Shown: piece after piece, positions 1 through 13,500 of the stretch
How positions within the stretch are numbered: position 1 is the first letter of the stretch
Layout of the letters: the number at the start of each line of letters is the position of its first letter
From: Utricularia gibba
Lineage: Eukaryota > Plantae > Magnoliophyta
Direction of reading: 5' to 3'
DNA length: 64,000 bases
Assembly (NCBI GenBank): GCA_002189035.1
Contig: CM007989.1
Location: forward strand, 4,154,001-4,218,000
Notes under the pieces: generated by a model
Databases searched by the model: none
The model's input: only the letters and a program-made list of their open reading frames with translations
Told to the model about the DNA's origin: nothing
Translations under genes and position numbers: made by a program

Positions 1-918
1 TGTGATTGCATGAAGGTGGGGTTCCCGAACTTTAATTTTAACGTGTCTCATCAGGGAGATTATGTTGGAATAGCATCCGAACCTTTCTGCCTCGTGGGTT
101 TGGACATTGTTTCTTACTCAATTCCTGTTAATCAAACCGTTGAACAATTCCTTCAGAATCTGTCTTCATACTTCTCTCACTTAGAATGGTGCAATATCTT
201 GAATGCTCGTTCTGATGAGGAAAAGCTGAAAACTTTCTACAGGTTATTGAATCTCTGCATTGCAACTCTTTTCTTCTGGAAAAACCATGCTCTTCGGAGT
301 TGATTGTTAACAGCAAGTGATATGTTTCTGTTGCAGATAGCTTATTTATTTCATCACACTTACAGGAGTATCAGAATGTGGAACCGTAGCTCTCTTTTGT
401 TTCGTTCCCTGGTGTTGGTTAACCATAAGGTCATCACTGACTCAGGTATTGGAGCCTGAAGGAAGCTTTCGTGAAGGCCGTTGGTACTGGAGTAGGCTCC
501 AAGCTGGATTCCATTGAGTTTCATCACTCATCCTGGAACAAGATCTCAGTCAGAGTTGCGGGACAAGATTTAAGTGACTGGAAGTTTTGGACTTTGGATT
601 TGGACCAACATCATGGGGTAAGTCCTCCCTTCTGCACTTCTTTTGTTGCATCTTCTTCATGGATTCTGAAACGCACTTGTGTCCCTTCGTTGCGAACAAC
701 CACAAACTATTCTTCTGACGTGAAATGTGCTTTAGATGTCGATAGCTCGGGGTAACCCAAAGCTCGCCGATTCAAACCAGTTGAGACGAGAAGAATCTGA
801 TAACGAGGAGTACAACACCTGGCTGAATCTTCCAAATGGAAGTTTGAAGTTTCTGGCTGTAGAGGATCTTATTGAGATAATGAGGAGCACTGGAGGCACC
901 ACTCTCCCACATGCATGA
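1..918 (+). CDS. 4'-phosphopantetheinyl transferase (Sfp/AASDHPPT-like), 5'-truncated by the window edge; exons <1-242, 446-617, 736-918
   Basis: Translation has FNFNVSHQGDYVGIASEPFCLVGLDIV and, after GT-AG splicing (243-445, 618-735), R-YWSLKEAFVKAVGTG (WxLKEA motif of Sfp-type PPTases). Exon phases join in frame. Confidence 0.85.
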
Positions 919-2879
919 AGGCATACGGGCTTCATGGTGGTCGCCGGCGACATCAAGCTGTATTGGTGGCGCTTTCATTTCACAATGCAGCCTTCCTTCA
1001 ATAAGTGGAAGACACATTGGTCCACACGACAGGAACCCCACTGTGTTGGACGGATTAGGTTGTCTCACGTGACAATCATACATTTGTACGGATACGCGTA
1101 TGAATTTAGATCAATGTTCTAGAATCCACGATTGTAGGGGCTCTCTGTTAGTGAACCAATTTTATTTTAAAAAATTTAACGTATTTTTTTAAAAGTTGAA
1201 AAACATCAATTTTTAATTTTCATAAATACTTACCGAAAATTTATACCAATTATATTCTTATAGTGTAGTTTGCACTAATTATTTCATAATTTATAAATTA
1301 AAATAAAAGTTAAAATTAATTATTGCATACTATATCAATTTTTATTTATTTTTTACTTTTAATTTTATTTTTACTTATTTTTCTACTCATTTCATTTTAA
1401 AATAAAAGTTAAAATTAAAAATCTAATTTCGATAAGTAGCAAATTTATTAAAATAAATTGACTAATTATCCCAAAAATTTTCATTTAATACACATTTTCT
1501 ATCAAACCTGTTCATTGCATTCACTCCCACGACATAATGTATCATGTTTTTGTATCTCTACTTCTACTTCTAGTAATAACACAAATCTCCCATATGAATT
1601 CGTATGTGTATTCGTAAATCTGTGCATAAAGTACGCAAATTGAAATAAAATATGAGAATTCATGTATATATATATTATTTCCCTCATTTTTTTATTGGTG
1701 ATGAGTATCAATATGTGTTAAATATAAAATATATTAAAATCTTTTGTATCATTTTTTTCTGTACCCTCGTGTACACATGCACATGTGATGTGAGGGGTTT
1801 GAGCTTGCCATTTCAGAATTATAGACTTAAGTCTATTCAATTGACTTTTATTCTTTCTATTTGTAACAATGAATAATTAAATATCCATGTTTTTTTTCGG
1901 TAAGTCCGTACGGAAAACCCTAATTGCCAGATTTTGTTCACGATATAAGTTGAAAGACACATTGGCGTTGACTTGCTGAAGAATGAGGGTCCACAGTAGT
2001 GTGACAGGTGGCCACGTGTCTCCTGGTTCCGTCGAAGCTTCACGATCGAACACCTTGGAGAAAAAGAAAAGAAGTTTTCCTTCTTCCCCGTATAGTTCTC
2101 ATTAATTGTACAACCACCCCTGAATTCTACTCTATGTTCATTTTGGCGCTTCCCAGCGTGCCCCATTTATAAATAATTGGAGTTGGGTGAGCGATGCACC
2201 GTGGTCGCACGGTAATAATGACAGTCCCGAAGGGTGTATTTATAAATTATTCCTGTGGGAGAAAACACTGCGGTTTCTTGATTCTCTTCTAGATAGACAA
2301 GACCAACTTCAATATTTTTTCAACGCCACTCTGGAACTTCTCGATCCTGCTCCTTTTTTCTGCCAAGTTCGATGTACTGATTTTTCATTTTTCCGTGGTC
2401 AATTTTACTGCTTATGTAGTATTCGTTGATGCTGTGGTTTTTGAAGTTCACTTTTTTTGTGCCACCGGATCTAAGCATCCGTCGTCGGTGTCCTTGTTTC
2501 TGTTGATTATTTTTCTTAATTACGAAGCGTTACACTTTTTTGGTTGTTTTCTCGAAAGGTGAAGCTCTTGCTCTGCGTAGGTGCGTTTTTGGGGTAATTT
2601 TCTGTGTACTTTTAGCTATTCCGTAACTTGGTTGTGATACTGAGCTTTGTGTCTTGGTGCTCTTGCTTTAACCGTTTTTGTTCTTTTAATTATGCTAAGG
2701 AAGTATAGAAAGAATGATTGAGCAATTTTCCAGTTTGCGTGTGGTTAGATTCCTGACTATTTTGGTTGATAGCGACGGATTATGGTTTTTCTGCTTTGCT
2801 ATTGAAGGAATCCGTTTGAATACTTCTAATTCTGATATTATCTGGTAATCCTGTAGAGTCTGGATTACAAGTGGCTTCA

Positions 2880-5128
2880 ATGGATCCTCGACTAAGTGAA
2901 ATTTTTGATGCCTCGAATGGATATAAATTTGATGGCGATGACTTTTTCACTTCCTGTGGTCAGTCTGAGTACCCGGCTAATGACATTAATCATGATATGG
3001 ACCTTAAGTTTCTGGATGACTTGTCCTTACGAACGAGTCCAGATCTCCATATTTTTGCTCCATCTTCATCCGTGAGTTATGAAACGGAGTCCCCTGATGA
3101 CCAAGACTCGGATGAAGTGCTTAAGTTCCTTAATATGATTTTGGTTGAAGAGAACCTGGAAGAGAGACCCAGCATGTTCCATGATCCGCTTGCCTTGCAA
3201 GCCACCGAGAGATCATTATATGAAGTCATTGGCCAAGAATACCCGCCCTCACATTACAGCCCAGATATCTATCTTGATCAGACATCTGATAGCCCTGAAA
3301 GTATCATTGTCAGTTCCAGTGATTATGTGAGCAGCAGTAATGGTGGTAGTAATTCTGTAGATGCACAATGGACTCTGGATCCTGGTGAATATAACTCTCC
3401 TTTGGAACAACCTTATCAGCAGGGCACATCCAATTCGTTTGTTCAGGAAAATTCACGATCTTTATCTGCCCCTACTAATCCTTTACAAGCTAAGAGCAAT
3501 CCTGATAACCTGAACTCCTTTGATAGCACAGATTTCATAAAAAACTTTTTCAGCAGTAGTGAGTCGATTTTACAGTTCAAGAAGGGCATGGAAAAAGCTA
3601 GTAAGTTCCTTCCCGCAAATAATCAGTTGATTATTGATTTGGAACAATCACTGCCTAAAAAATCTGAAGACATGCCTGTGCCTGCTATCGAAGTGGAGAG
3701 TTCTGATATTAATGAACCTGCTAATGCCATTAGGAGAAGGAAGCATAATTTTCCCGAGGATGAAAATGCAGAGAATTTGGAGAGAAATAGCAAACAGTCT
3801 GCAATTCATGTTGAAGAAGTTGAACTTTCTGAATTTTTTGACAGAATTCTGCTCTGTAAAGACTCTCAAGGTTCAGAATTTTGCGGGCAGGCTCCAAAAT
3901 TGCCTGCGTCTGAGAGATCTGCCGGGCAAGGAGTTCTAGAAAATGGTTCCAGTGGAAAATCCCAAACTAAAAATAGTGATGGCGAAGGGGACAGTGCGGA
4001 TCTCCGGACCCTTTTGATTACCTGTGCTCAAGCCGTCGCCGCAGATGACAGAAGGGCCGCATATGAGCAGTTAAAACGGATTGACCAACACTCGTCTCCG
4101 ACAGGGGGTGCCTTTCAGAGGCTGGCTCATGTATTTGCTAGTGGTCTTCGAGCTCGCTTAGGTGGCACGGGAAACCAGCTTTGTGCATCTCTCACTCACA
4201 GAAAGATGACAGCTTTTGAGAAGTTAAAGGCATATCAAGTTTTCCTCTGTGCCTGTCCATTTAAGAAGTTGCCCATTTTCTTTGCTAACAAGTTGATTGG
4301 TTTAGCTGCTTCTGAAGCCCATACTCTCCATATTGTTGATTTCGGCATCCTCTATGGTTTCCAGTGGCCTATGCTCATTCAAGAGCTTTCAGAGAGACCT
4401 GGTGGCCCCCCAAGTTGCGGATCACAGGAATTGAACTTCCCCAACCAGGCTTTCGACCTTCAGAAAGAGTAGAGGAGACAGGACGACGCTTGGCCAAGTA
4501 CTGTGAACGCTTTGGCGTCCCATTTGAGTACCAGCCCATCGCCACCCAAAATTGGGAAAACATCAAACTGGAGGACTTGAAGATTGTAAGAGATGAGGTT
4601 GTTGCAGTCAACTGCTTATTCCGGCTTGGCCTATTGCTTGATGAGACGGTTGTAGTCGACAGTCCCAGAGATAAGCTTCTGAGATTGATAAGGAAAATGA
4701 AGCCCGACATATACGTGAATGCAGTCACGAGCGGATCTTTCAGTGCACCATTCTTCCTCACTCGTTTCAAGGAGGCTCTCTTCCACTACTCCGCACTATT
4801 TGACATGTTCGACGCCACCATACCCCGTGACAACACAGAGAGGGTAGACTTCGAGCAAGACTTCTTCGGGCGCGAGGTAATAAATGTCATTGCCTGCGAA
4901 GGCGCGGAGAGGACTGAGAGACCTGAGACCTACAAGCAGTGGCATGCACGCCATGTTCGAGCTGGCTTCAAACCTTTCCCCGTGAATGAAGAGATAATGA
5001 AGAAACTGAGGAGTAAAAGTGCAAGTGGATACCACAAAGACTTTCTGTTTGGTGAAGATGGGAACTGGATGCTGCAGGGATGGAAAGGCAGGATCATTTG
5101 CGCAAGCTCTTGTTGGGCTCCTTCATAG
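2880..5128 (+). CDS. SCL14: GRAS transcription factor, SCL14/SCL9/LISCL clade, intronless CDS, one -1 frameshift at the C run 4406-4411
   Basis: LISCL-type N-terminal motifs (SDEVLKFLNMILVEE, MFHDPLALQATERSLYEVIG). LHRI DLRTLLITCAQAV, VHIID variant LHIVDFGILYGFQWP, PFYRE and SAW-like C-terminus (WMLQGWKGRIICASSCW) are split over ORFs 2871-4472 and 4364-5128. Adding one C restores GGPPKLRITGIELPQPGFRP. The exact orthologue within the clade is not resolved. Confidence 0.9.
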
Positions 5129-5372
5129 CTCTTCCCAAGTCAGTCTCCTTCCTTCCATCCTCCAACCACCTCATTCTTTCGCTTGAATTGCAGGTGCGTG
5201 CACATGTGTAACTTTCACCTAATGAATAAGCGTAGGATGTTCATGATGTAGTTGGCGTAGTTTCTTTTTTCTGCATGCATCTGTGGCCATACTTCAGGAA
5301 CAGCGCTGCTCTTGTGTACATGTTTGGGGATGAGTGGACTGGTTGAAGTAGGCTTGGATGTCTGAAAATTGC

Positions 5373-5559
5373 CACGTGCCTCTTCAATTTTGGCCCACGT
5401 GGACGAGGCGTGTAGTAAAATAATAATAATCATAGGGAAATTTAACAAGGCATATCCCTGGAGCGCCAGGTGTCCCCCGTGGGGAGTTTTTTGTCCACGT
5501 GTTGCCATTCTCCTCCACACGTTGCTACCGCCGTCCAGACGCGGAAAAGAGGTATAAAT
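5373..5559 (+). promoter_or_regulatory. Three G-boxes (CACGTG at 5373, 5396, 5496) and a TATA box (TATAAAT 5553-5559) upstream of the SMR gene
   Basis: Motifs read directly; TATA lies about 50 nt upstream of the ATG at 5605. Function is inferred. Confidence 0.55.
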
Positions 5560-5604
5560 GAAGAGGTCCTTTTACAACTCTCATCAAATCCATATCCTTT
5601 TTGG

Positions 5605-5817
5605 ATGTGCACCGACATGAGTGAGGTCAACAGAGAGGAGTGCTCCACTCCGAAATGCCGGATTCCGCTGAGTTCAACTCCTCCGCCGCCACCGCGGAAG
5701 ACGGTGGTCCGACACGGCAAGGTACAGAGGAATCCGCCGAAGAGCGGCTACTTTCAGCCGCCGGATTTAGAGCTCCTTTTCGCGTTACGCCCGCCTAGGC
5801 CTCAAGCACTCGCCTGA
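5605..5817 (+). CDS. SMR: SIAMESE-RELATED cyclin-dependent kinase inhibitor (70 aa)
   Basis: MCTDMSEVNREECSTPKCRIPLSSTPPPPPRK...YFQPPDLELLF has the SMR family motifs CxTP, PPPPRK and F-x-PPDLE-x-LF. Confidence 0.85.
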   Translation: MCTDMSEVNREECSTPKCRIPLSSTPPPPPRKTVVRHGKVQRNPPKSGYFQPPDLELLFALRPPRPQALA

Positions 5818-6650
5818 ATCCCTAGACCCATCCAGTCGCGATTGTAAATTCTCTGCTCTCTGAACTGTGAATGCGTCTCCTCTCCTTTTGTTGTCGATCT
5901 GCCGCAATTATGTATGGGTTACCGTGGCTGTGAATCCGGCGGCGTCTCTATGCCCTGCTCTTTCCCAAACACTTGCAGGGCATTCACCTGACGGCGATGA
6001 TTTCGGGTGGGCATAAATTAAATATATATATGCGTAATTCATTGCAAGGTGCAACGATTCTCACATTTTATGCAAAATGTGGTAGATTGAAGTATATTAG
6101 GAAAGTTTTTTAAAAGATGATTGAAAATACTTCAAAATGTGGTATCTTAAACTGTAAAATTACTATGTTGAATGCATTGTACTCATGATGTAAAATGTGA
6201 AAATCTAGTTTTTTTATTAATCAGCATATAGAGATTAATCTTCCACTATATTAATATGATTTTAGTCAAAATTATAAGGAAATGTGAGAATCGAATTATT
6301 TTCACAGTTTGATTCAAAAACTGAAATAAGATAATTCAAGCTACCATATTTTGCATAAAATGTGAGAATCAAATTACAAATTGGAAGATTAGTTTATATA
6401 TGCTGATTAATAATAAATTTGATTCTCACATTTTATATAATAGCATGGTGAAAATCGAATTAAAATCGTGAGTACATTGTATTCATGGTAGAGTCTACAA
6501 ATCTTTTATTTGGGATGAACATAAATTTGTTGTTGATTAGCATATAGAAATTAATTTCCCATTTTGTAAGTTGATTCTCGAAATTTACGTAAAATATGGT
6601 AGTTTGGTTTGGATTATACAAGTAAAGTTTTGCAATTCGATTGTAACTTC

Positions 6651-6864
6651 TATCAATCAGACCAACCAGATCAGCAACTCTCAAGAATAAATGAATATGA
6701 TCGTTAGGTACACAAGAATACAAAGAGATGAGATCATTATACATTTAGTATAAATACCACTGATTAGCAATGTAAATATGCACTGGTTTTCGAATAAACA
6801 ACTTGTATGTTTGTCTTCCACACTCTATTCACGACTTTGTCCCTACTCTCCTCTTTGCCTATCA
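6651..6864 (+). repeat. copia 5' LTR
   Basis: Direct repeat of 14462-14675 with 19 mismatches in 214 nt (manual count). Starts TA (mutated TG), ends CA, contains TATAAATA. Confidence 0.95.
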
Positions 6865-7427
6865 TGGTATCAGAGCGACCTCAGCAATAACATCAATAGA
6901 TTCGATGGCCACAGAGGCTCTCATTCAGGAAGTCCTTGCTGCTCTTAAAGTAGCAACTTCTTCGGCCACTACATCTCAGTCTGATATTCCATCACCTTAC
7001 AAGGTGCTCCCCAACGACACAAATGATGTCACTCTCACCACTCCACCTCTATCCCTCCTAAACTATGCACAATGGTCTCGAAATGTTCTTCGTGCTCTTC
7101 GCATTCGAGGAAAAGCAAGCTTTGTCAACGGAGAACTTGAACAGCCAAAGACCACTGATGCGCTCTACAAACAATGGGAGAAATGCAACGACTTGATCCT
7201 TGGGTGGCTTCACCGATGCATTGAACCAAATATCTCCATCACAGTCGCTCAATGCGACACAGCAAGGGAAATGTGGTTGATGTTGCAGGAAAGATTCACA
7301 CACTCAGATGAAGACCGTGTAGCCAACCTACAACACGAAATTGAGACACTAGTTCAAGGTAACCTTTCTATTGATCAGTTATTTAGCAAACTAACAACAT
7401 TGTGGCAGGAATATGATGCGTCCAGAC

Positions 7428-10400
7428 AAGTGGTTTAAAAGACAGACCGGGTCGCCCAGTCCGACCGGAAAAAACGAGAACCGGTCTCTGGATCAGTTCC
7501 GTTTCAATAAAAGCTAGCAAATTAGGGCTTTTGTTGTGACAAAAAAGAAGCGGGATTCTCTATTTCTACTCCTCTTTCCTGGGATTTGTGAGATCTTTGA
7601 TTCAATTCTTTTTTTGTGGTTTTCAACGAACAATCATAATGGATATTGATGCTTCTACAACTGATATACATTTTTTGAATACTTATTTTTGAATTTTTGT
7701 TTAAATGGTTGAACTTGAATCTTGTTAAGCTTTTGTTTATTTTAAGTAAATTAATGTAAATGCATTTCAATTTGAAGTTCCAATCCTGTGTTATTCCACT
7801 TTATATTAGCAATTTAACATTAAATTTAGTTTGTATCTAATTACTTTATGCGGTATTTTTATTCATGGTGGTTTAGTTTTTTTATTTTATTATTATTGTT
7901 GCAGAATGATTTGTTTGTTGTGTGTATTTATGTTGGATGATTTTACTCAAGATTATTGAATGTGCTATAAGTTTATGGTTGGTGAAAAATTATTACTGAA
8001 AATATTTATTCATTATTGGTTTCTTTTTTTTACAATAGGAATGGATTTGATGCTTCTTCAACTGGTGTTGATGAGCATAAAAAAAGAGGCAAATATGATA
8101 TTGCTTGGTAATATACAATTCTTTCAACTAGTAATGGAAAAAAAAAGATTGACTTGTTTATTATGTGATCTTAGTTATGCTGATGTAGGGATTAATTGGA
8201 TGAAAAAGCATTTAGCTGGAGAAGTTGGTGATATAGCACCTTGCAAATGAGCTTGATTTTGATGATAATGTAAGCCTTGAATCTCCTACAGCAGATAGTG
8301 GAAAGAATGAAGCAACAGTTTCAATTTTTTTAAGCCAAGAAAGATAAGGAAGAAATTTGTGATCATTAAATTAAGCAATGATGATAGTTCACAAAAAACC
8401 TTAGAAAGTTTTTGGACAAGTGAAGCAGCAGTGAGAAAGGCAAAACTTGAAATCGCTAAGTTTTTATATAATTCATGCATACCATTGAGTGTGGTCAAAT
8501 TACGTCATTTTCGTACTATGATTGAAGATGCAATTAAACTAGGTCATTCTTTCACCATGCCAAGTTATTATGAGGTACGCATTCCTTTGCTTAGAGATGC
8601 TAAGAGAGAAATTGGATTATGGATAGATAGTATTAAATTTGTGTGGACAGAAACTGGTCGCACAATAATGGTAGATGGATGGACTAATATGTCTCATAGA
8701 ACTTTGATTAACGTTTTGATTTATTGTCTTCATGGAACTATCTTTTATCGCTCAATTGATGCTTCTAGAATTTCTAAGATTGCCAACAAATTGTTTTTTC
8801 TTGTTCATGAAGGTTATTAATTGGGTTGGAGTGGAAAATGTAGTGCATGTGGTGACATGCTGCAAATTATGTAGCAGCTGCAAGAATGATAGAAGATTAT
8901 TATCCAACGATTTCATGGTCTCTTTGTGCAGCCCATTATTTGAATTTGATACTAAAAGATATGAGCGAACTGAAGAGTACACGATCAATTATTGATAAAG
9001 CATCAGTTTATTCTAGGTTCATCTATGGTCATATTGTATTGCTGAATTGGTTGAGAAATCGTAAGGGGTGGACAGAAATTCTTAGATCTTGTGCTACACG
9101 ATTTGGTACAACTTTCATTGCTCTTGAAATTTTTATAAACATAAGCATGAGTTGCAAGCTTTAGCAACATCTAAGGATTTTCTATCATCAAAACTGTCTA
9201 AAGATGCTGCTAGAGAATTTTTCTGTTCAGTAGTGCTTGATCGTAAATTTTGGAATGATTGCTTAATTGTTGTAAAGATCATGGAACCATTAATTCATCT
9301 TCTGAAAATAGTAGATGGGGATAAAAAACCATCTATGGGTTATGTTTATGAAGGGATGCACAAAGCTAGTGAAGGAATTAAGGCAATTTTTTTGATTAAA
9401 CATAAACTTTATGCACCTTATTTGGAAATCGCGAACAAAAGATGACATTCTAAACTAAGAAAAAAATTACATGCTACAACTTATTGGCTCAACCCTGCAT
9501 TTCAGTATAACAAAGATCATTCACAAAGATTAAAGAGTGTGAAGATGAAGTGATAGATGTAATTGCAAGTAAAAGATTAGGTGATCGTATTATTTATTTG
9601 GATGAAATGACTATGTTCTCTGAAAGTGTAGGAAGCTTTGGAAAGCCTCTTGCACTTGAAGCAAGCACAAGGCAAAAACCAGATATTTTTTATTCTAATT
9701 AAAACTTTGATTCCCATATGATTTATGCAAGATATTAAATTATTTATAGCAATTATATTTTACAGATCAATAATGGAAGCATTTTGGTTCAAGCACCCCA
9801 GGACTTCAACATTTAGCTATCAAAATATTGGGGCAAACAGGTTCTTCTTTTGGTTGTGAAAGGAATTGGAGTATTTTTTAACATATTCATACTAAGAAGA
9901 GAAATAAATTAGAACATCGTCGTTTAAATGATTTGGTTTTTGTGCACTATAACCAACGTCTACAAGAGAGGTAATTTTATTGTTTAATGATTTTTTATCA
10001 CATTTTTGTAATCTGATTTTTTTTTATCACATTTTTCTTTTTTTTTAGGTGGAGTGATGAGGTTAAAGCCTTTGAACCAATAGATCTTGATTTTATTGCT
10101 AAATTTGATATATGGATAGTAGAAGAGGAGGAAAAAAGTGGAAAAATATGGATAGGTGAAACTGAAATACAACATGAAAAGAATTTTCATTTTATTGATG
10201 ACAATGTAGAATGTGTTTATCAAGAATTGCAACCTCTTATGGTAGATGAAGAAAATATTACACCTATTTCCATTTTAGGTAGCTTGGATTTATCATCATT
10301 TACATATTTAACAATTGAAGATGTTACTTTGGAGCTTGGATATGAGGGCAACGATGAAGAGACACAAGCTTAAAATTTCATTTAATGCTTTCATTTGATT

Positions 10401-10575
10401 TAAAGGATGTTATTTTGATGTTTATGTGATGTTGAAACATTAGTTCTATTTGGATTTTATTTGGATCTTGAACATTTATTTTCGTTTCATCACCGCTTTT
10501 TTAACAGTCAGACCTTTATAAGAATGAACCTTTCACTTGAACATTTCATACCTAGTACCGATTTTTAAATCATTG
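7428..10575 (+). mobile_element. hAT DNA transposon nested in copia gag
   Basis: 8-bp TSD GTCCAGAC at 7420-7427 and 10576-10583; imperfect TIRs (AAGTGGTTTAAAA vs reverse complement CAATGATTTAAAA); subterminal ACCGG repeats; internal transposase remnant. Confidence 0.92.
8040..9970 (+). pseudogene. hAT transposase, degenerate
   Basis: BED-finger-like LTCLLC; DUF659-like WTETGRTIMVDGWTNMSHRTLINVLIYC; CAAHYLNLILKD; TRFGTTF; C-terminal dimerisation-like GCERNWSIF*HIHTKKRNKLEHRRLNDLVFVHYN. Several stops and frameshifts. Confidence 0.9.
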
Positions 10576-13500
10576 GTCCAGACCATCTGGACACTACAAA
10601 TGCGGGAAGTGCAATGACTCGTGCTTTAAACCACTTTGGGAGCAATGGAAGGACCTACTAGTACACAAATTTCTTACAAGACTTAATCCCGAGTTTCACT
10701 CTCTACACCAACAGCTCCTGAATCAAAAACCACTACTTGGCATCAATGAAGCTTACCAGGCAGCGTTTCGAGAAGAAAATAGACTCCGAAAACCCATACC
10801 TCCTAGTCCCATGGAGGCATCAGCACTATGCAGCCATGGTCCTCAAACAACACTAGAACTCAAGGCACTCTACAAACCAACAGGAAAATACTGCACAAAC
10901 TGTCGATGGAGCAACCACAACATTGATCAATGTTGGAAAATCATAGGTGTGCTTGCAGAATACAAAAAGAGAGACAAGAAAGGAAAAGTAGCCAAACTCC
11001 AAACATATTATGCTAACAATGTGAGTCAAGCTGTGCAAGAACACCCACTTGATGAAGAAGTAATATCCATCACTCGAACTCAACTACAGTCTCCACTCCA
11101 AAAATCAGCAGCAGTTAATCACAATGGAAACTCAATGAGTGAAAAGCCAAATACTAGAATCTTATCCGTAGCTCTACTAGGAAAAACACCGATCATCAAT
11201 GCATTTGTCGGTAACTTTAGTTCTCCACCACACATGAATCATCGATTTAGGGGCAAGTGAACACATGTGCTATGACCTTGAGTTGTTTGAATCCTATATC
11301 CCATTTATGGCACTAGTAAGATTCCCAAATAATCAAACGGTACTAGTCCAACACATAGGAAAAGTTGCACTGAATAAAAACATCATCCTACACAATGTCC
11401 TATGTATTCCAACATTTATAGTGAATCTTATATCAGTCTCTCAGTTAGTATCAAAGAGTAACATTATACCGTTGTTTTCTGCTAACAATTGCTCTCTGCA
11501 AGACTTGTTATGTTCAACGAGGATGATTGGAAAAGCTAGCTTGAAGCATGGATTATATGTTTTTGAACAACATGTTTATCCTTCTATGCACACTCCTGCA
11601 TCTCTGCATGATTAAACTCTGCTCCTATTATGCCATCATCTTTTGAATAGCATTCACAGTGTGCTTATAATTTCAACTTATGCATTATCCATATACTTTT
11701 GACTTATGACATCATCGAATGGGACACCCATCTCATTTGATCATTGCTCACCTTACAAAAACAAACCCTGATATTTATAGTTTTCCCACACGCATATGCA
11801 TTACATGTCTTAGAGTAAAACAACAAAAACTACCATTTCCTTTGCATGATGACTCTACTTACCCTTTTGATCTAATCCATATAGATACCTAGGGACCGTA
11901 CAAGACACGAGCGAGAGGAGGATATAGATTCTTTCTAACCATTGTCGAAGATGCAACACGCTCTACGTGAACGTATCTTATGCGACTAAAATCAGAAGCC
12001 TCGGCTATTATTTCAGCATTCACAAAGATGGCAAAAACACACTGACTAGGCTCCAGAATATTCTTTGGTAGACTTTGTTGGACTTGGAATAATATATCAG
12101 AATAGCTGTGTTGAACATTGCGCATGCCATATTGTTCCAAGCTGAACTATCCAAACAGTTTTGGGGGGGATGCCATCCTCACCGCCACATTCTTGTTAAA
12201 TCGCACACCAATGAAGCGATTAGCGTTCAGCACTTCATATGAACAATTGATGGGAAAACCACCAGATTATTGATACCTGGAAGTATTTGGCTACCTATGT
12301 TTTGCCTCTACTCTCTAAGGGCGCACGAAACTAGACCCAAGGGCCCGACGCTGCATATTTATAGGATATCCTCCTAGAATCAAAGGATATAAACTCTTCA
12401 ACCTTGATAATTAGGAGACCTTCGTTTCTGGAAATGTAGTCTTCCACGAATAAGTTTTTCCATATGCATATAAGTTTCCTCGATATTTAAATGCAGAATA
12501 CCAACTCACGGATAATAGCCGCACTTCAAGCACTAAGGACTCACTGGTTGGGGGGAGGCAACATCCTCATGTAGATATAGAAGCCACACAAACACCGGAA
12601 GATGAACACTCACGTGAATGCAATGAGAACAATGGAGAATCCTCACAAGATAACACATTAGACTCTATTATTGAAGAACTCAATGTGGCAGCACCACAAG
12701 ATGACACATCAAATGATGTCATTCAAGAAGCCACGCCCACAGAAACTCCTGCGAACGACACCACAAGACGATCGAGAAACCGCCGTCTCCCTAATTATCT
12801 TAGCATTTATTCCCATACTGTAAATGACCCACAAGCTAATCATAACACTCGTTTTCCTCTACATGCATATTTGGAAATCCAACAGCTTGGAAGTCGATAT
12901 TCCAACTTCGTAAAAAATATGACAATCATCTCAGTAGAACCAAAAACTTATGTGGAAGCAATGGTACTCCCAGAATGGATTGAGCCCATGGAAAAAGAAA
13001 TTGCAACAATTGAAGCTAATAAAACATGGTAAGTTGTTGAGGTATCCAAGGATACCCACGTTATTGGATGTAGGTGGATTTACAAAAAATAAAATTCTCT
13101 CTGATGGCATCTTGGAAAGACGAAAAGCTAGACTGGTGGCCAGGAGATTCAGCCAAGTTCAAGGTTTTGATTATGAAGAAACCTTCAGCCCTGTGGCAAA
13201 ACAAACAACCGTATGCACATTCTTTGCCTTGGCAGCAGCAAATTCCTGGGTGTTATGGCAACTCGACATTGACAACACATTCCTCAATGGAGATCTAGAT
13301 AAATGCATATACATGGAGATTCCTCAAGGATACCATCACAATCGCCAACCTGGACAAGGAGGAAAACTGGTATGCAAGCTTAGAAAATCTCTATATGACC
13401 TAAAACAGTCTCCTAGATAGTGGAATTGCAAATTCACAGAAACAATACTTTAGTGAGGATGTGAACAGAGCCTAGCAGACTCTTCTCTATTCACCAAATG

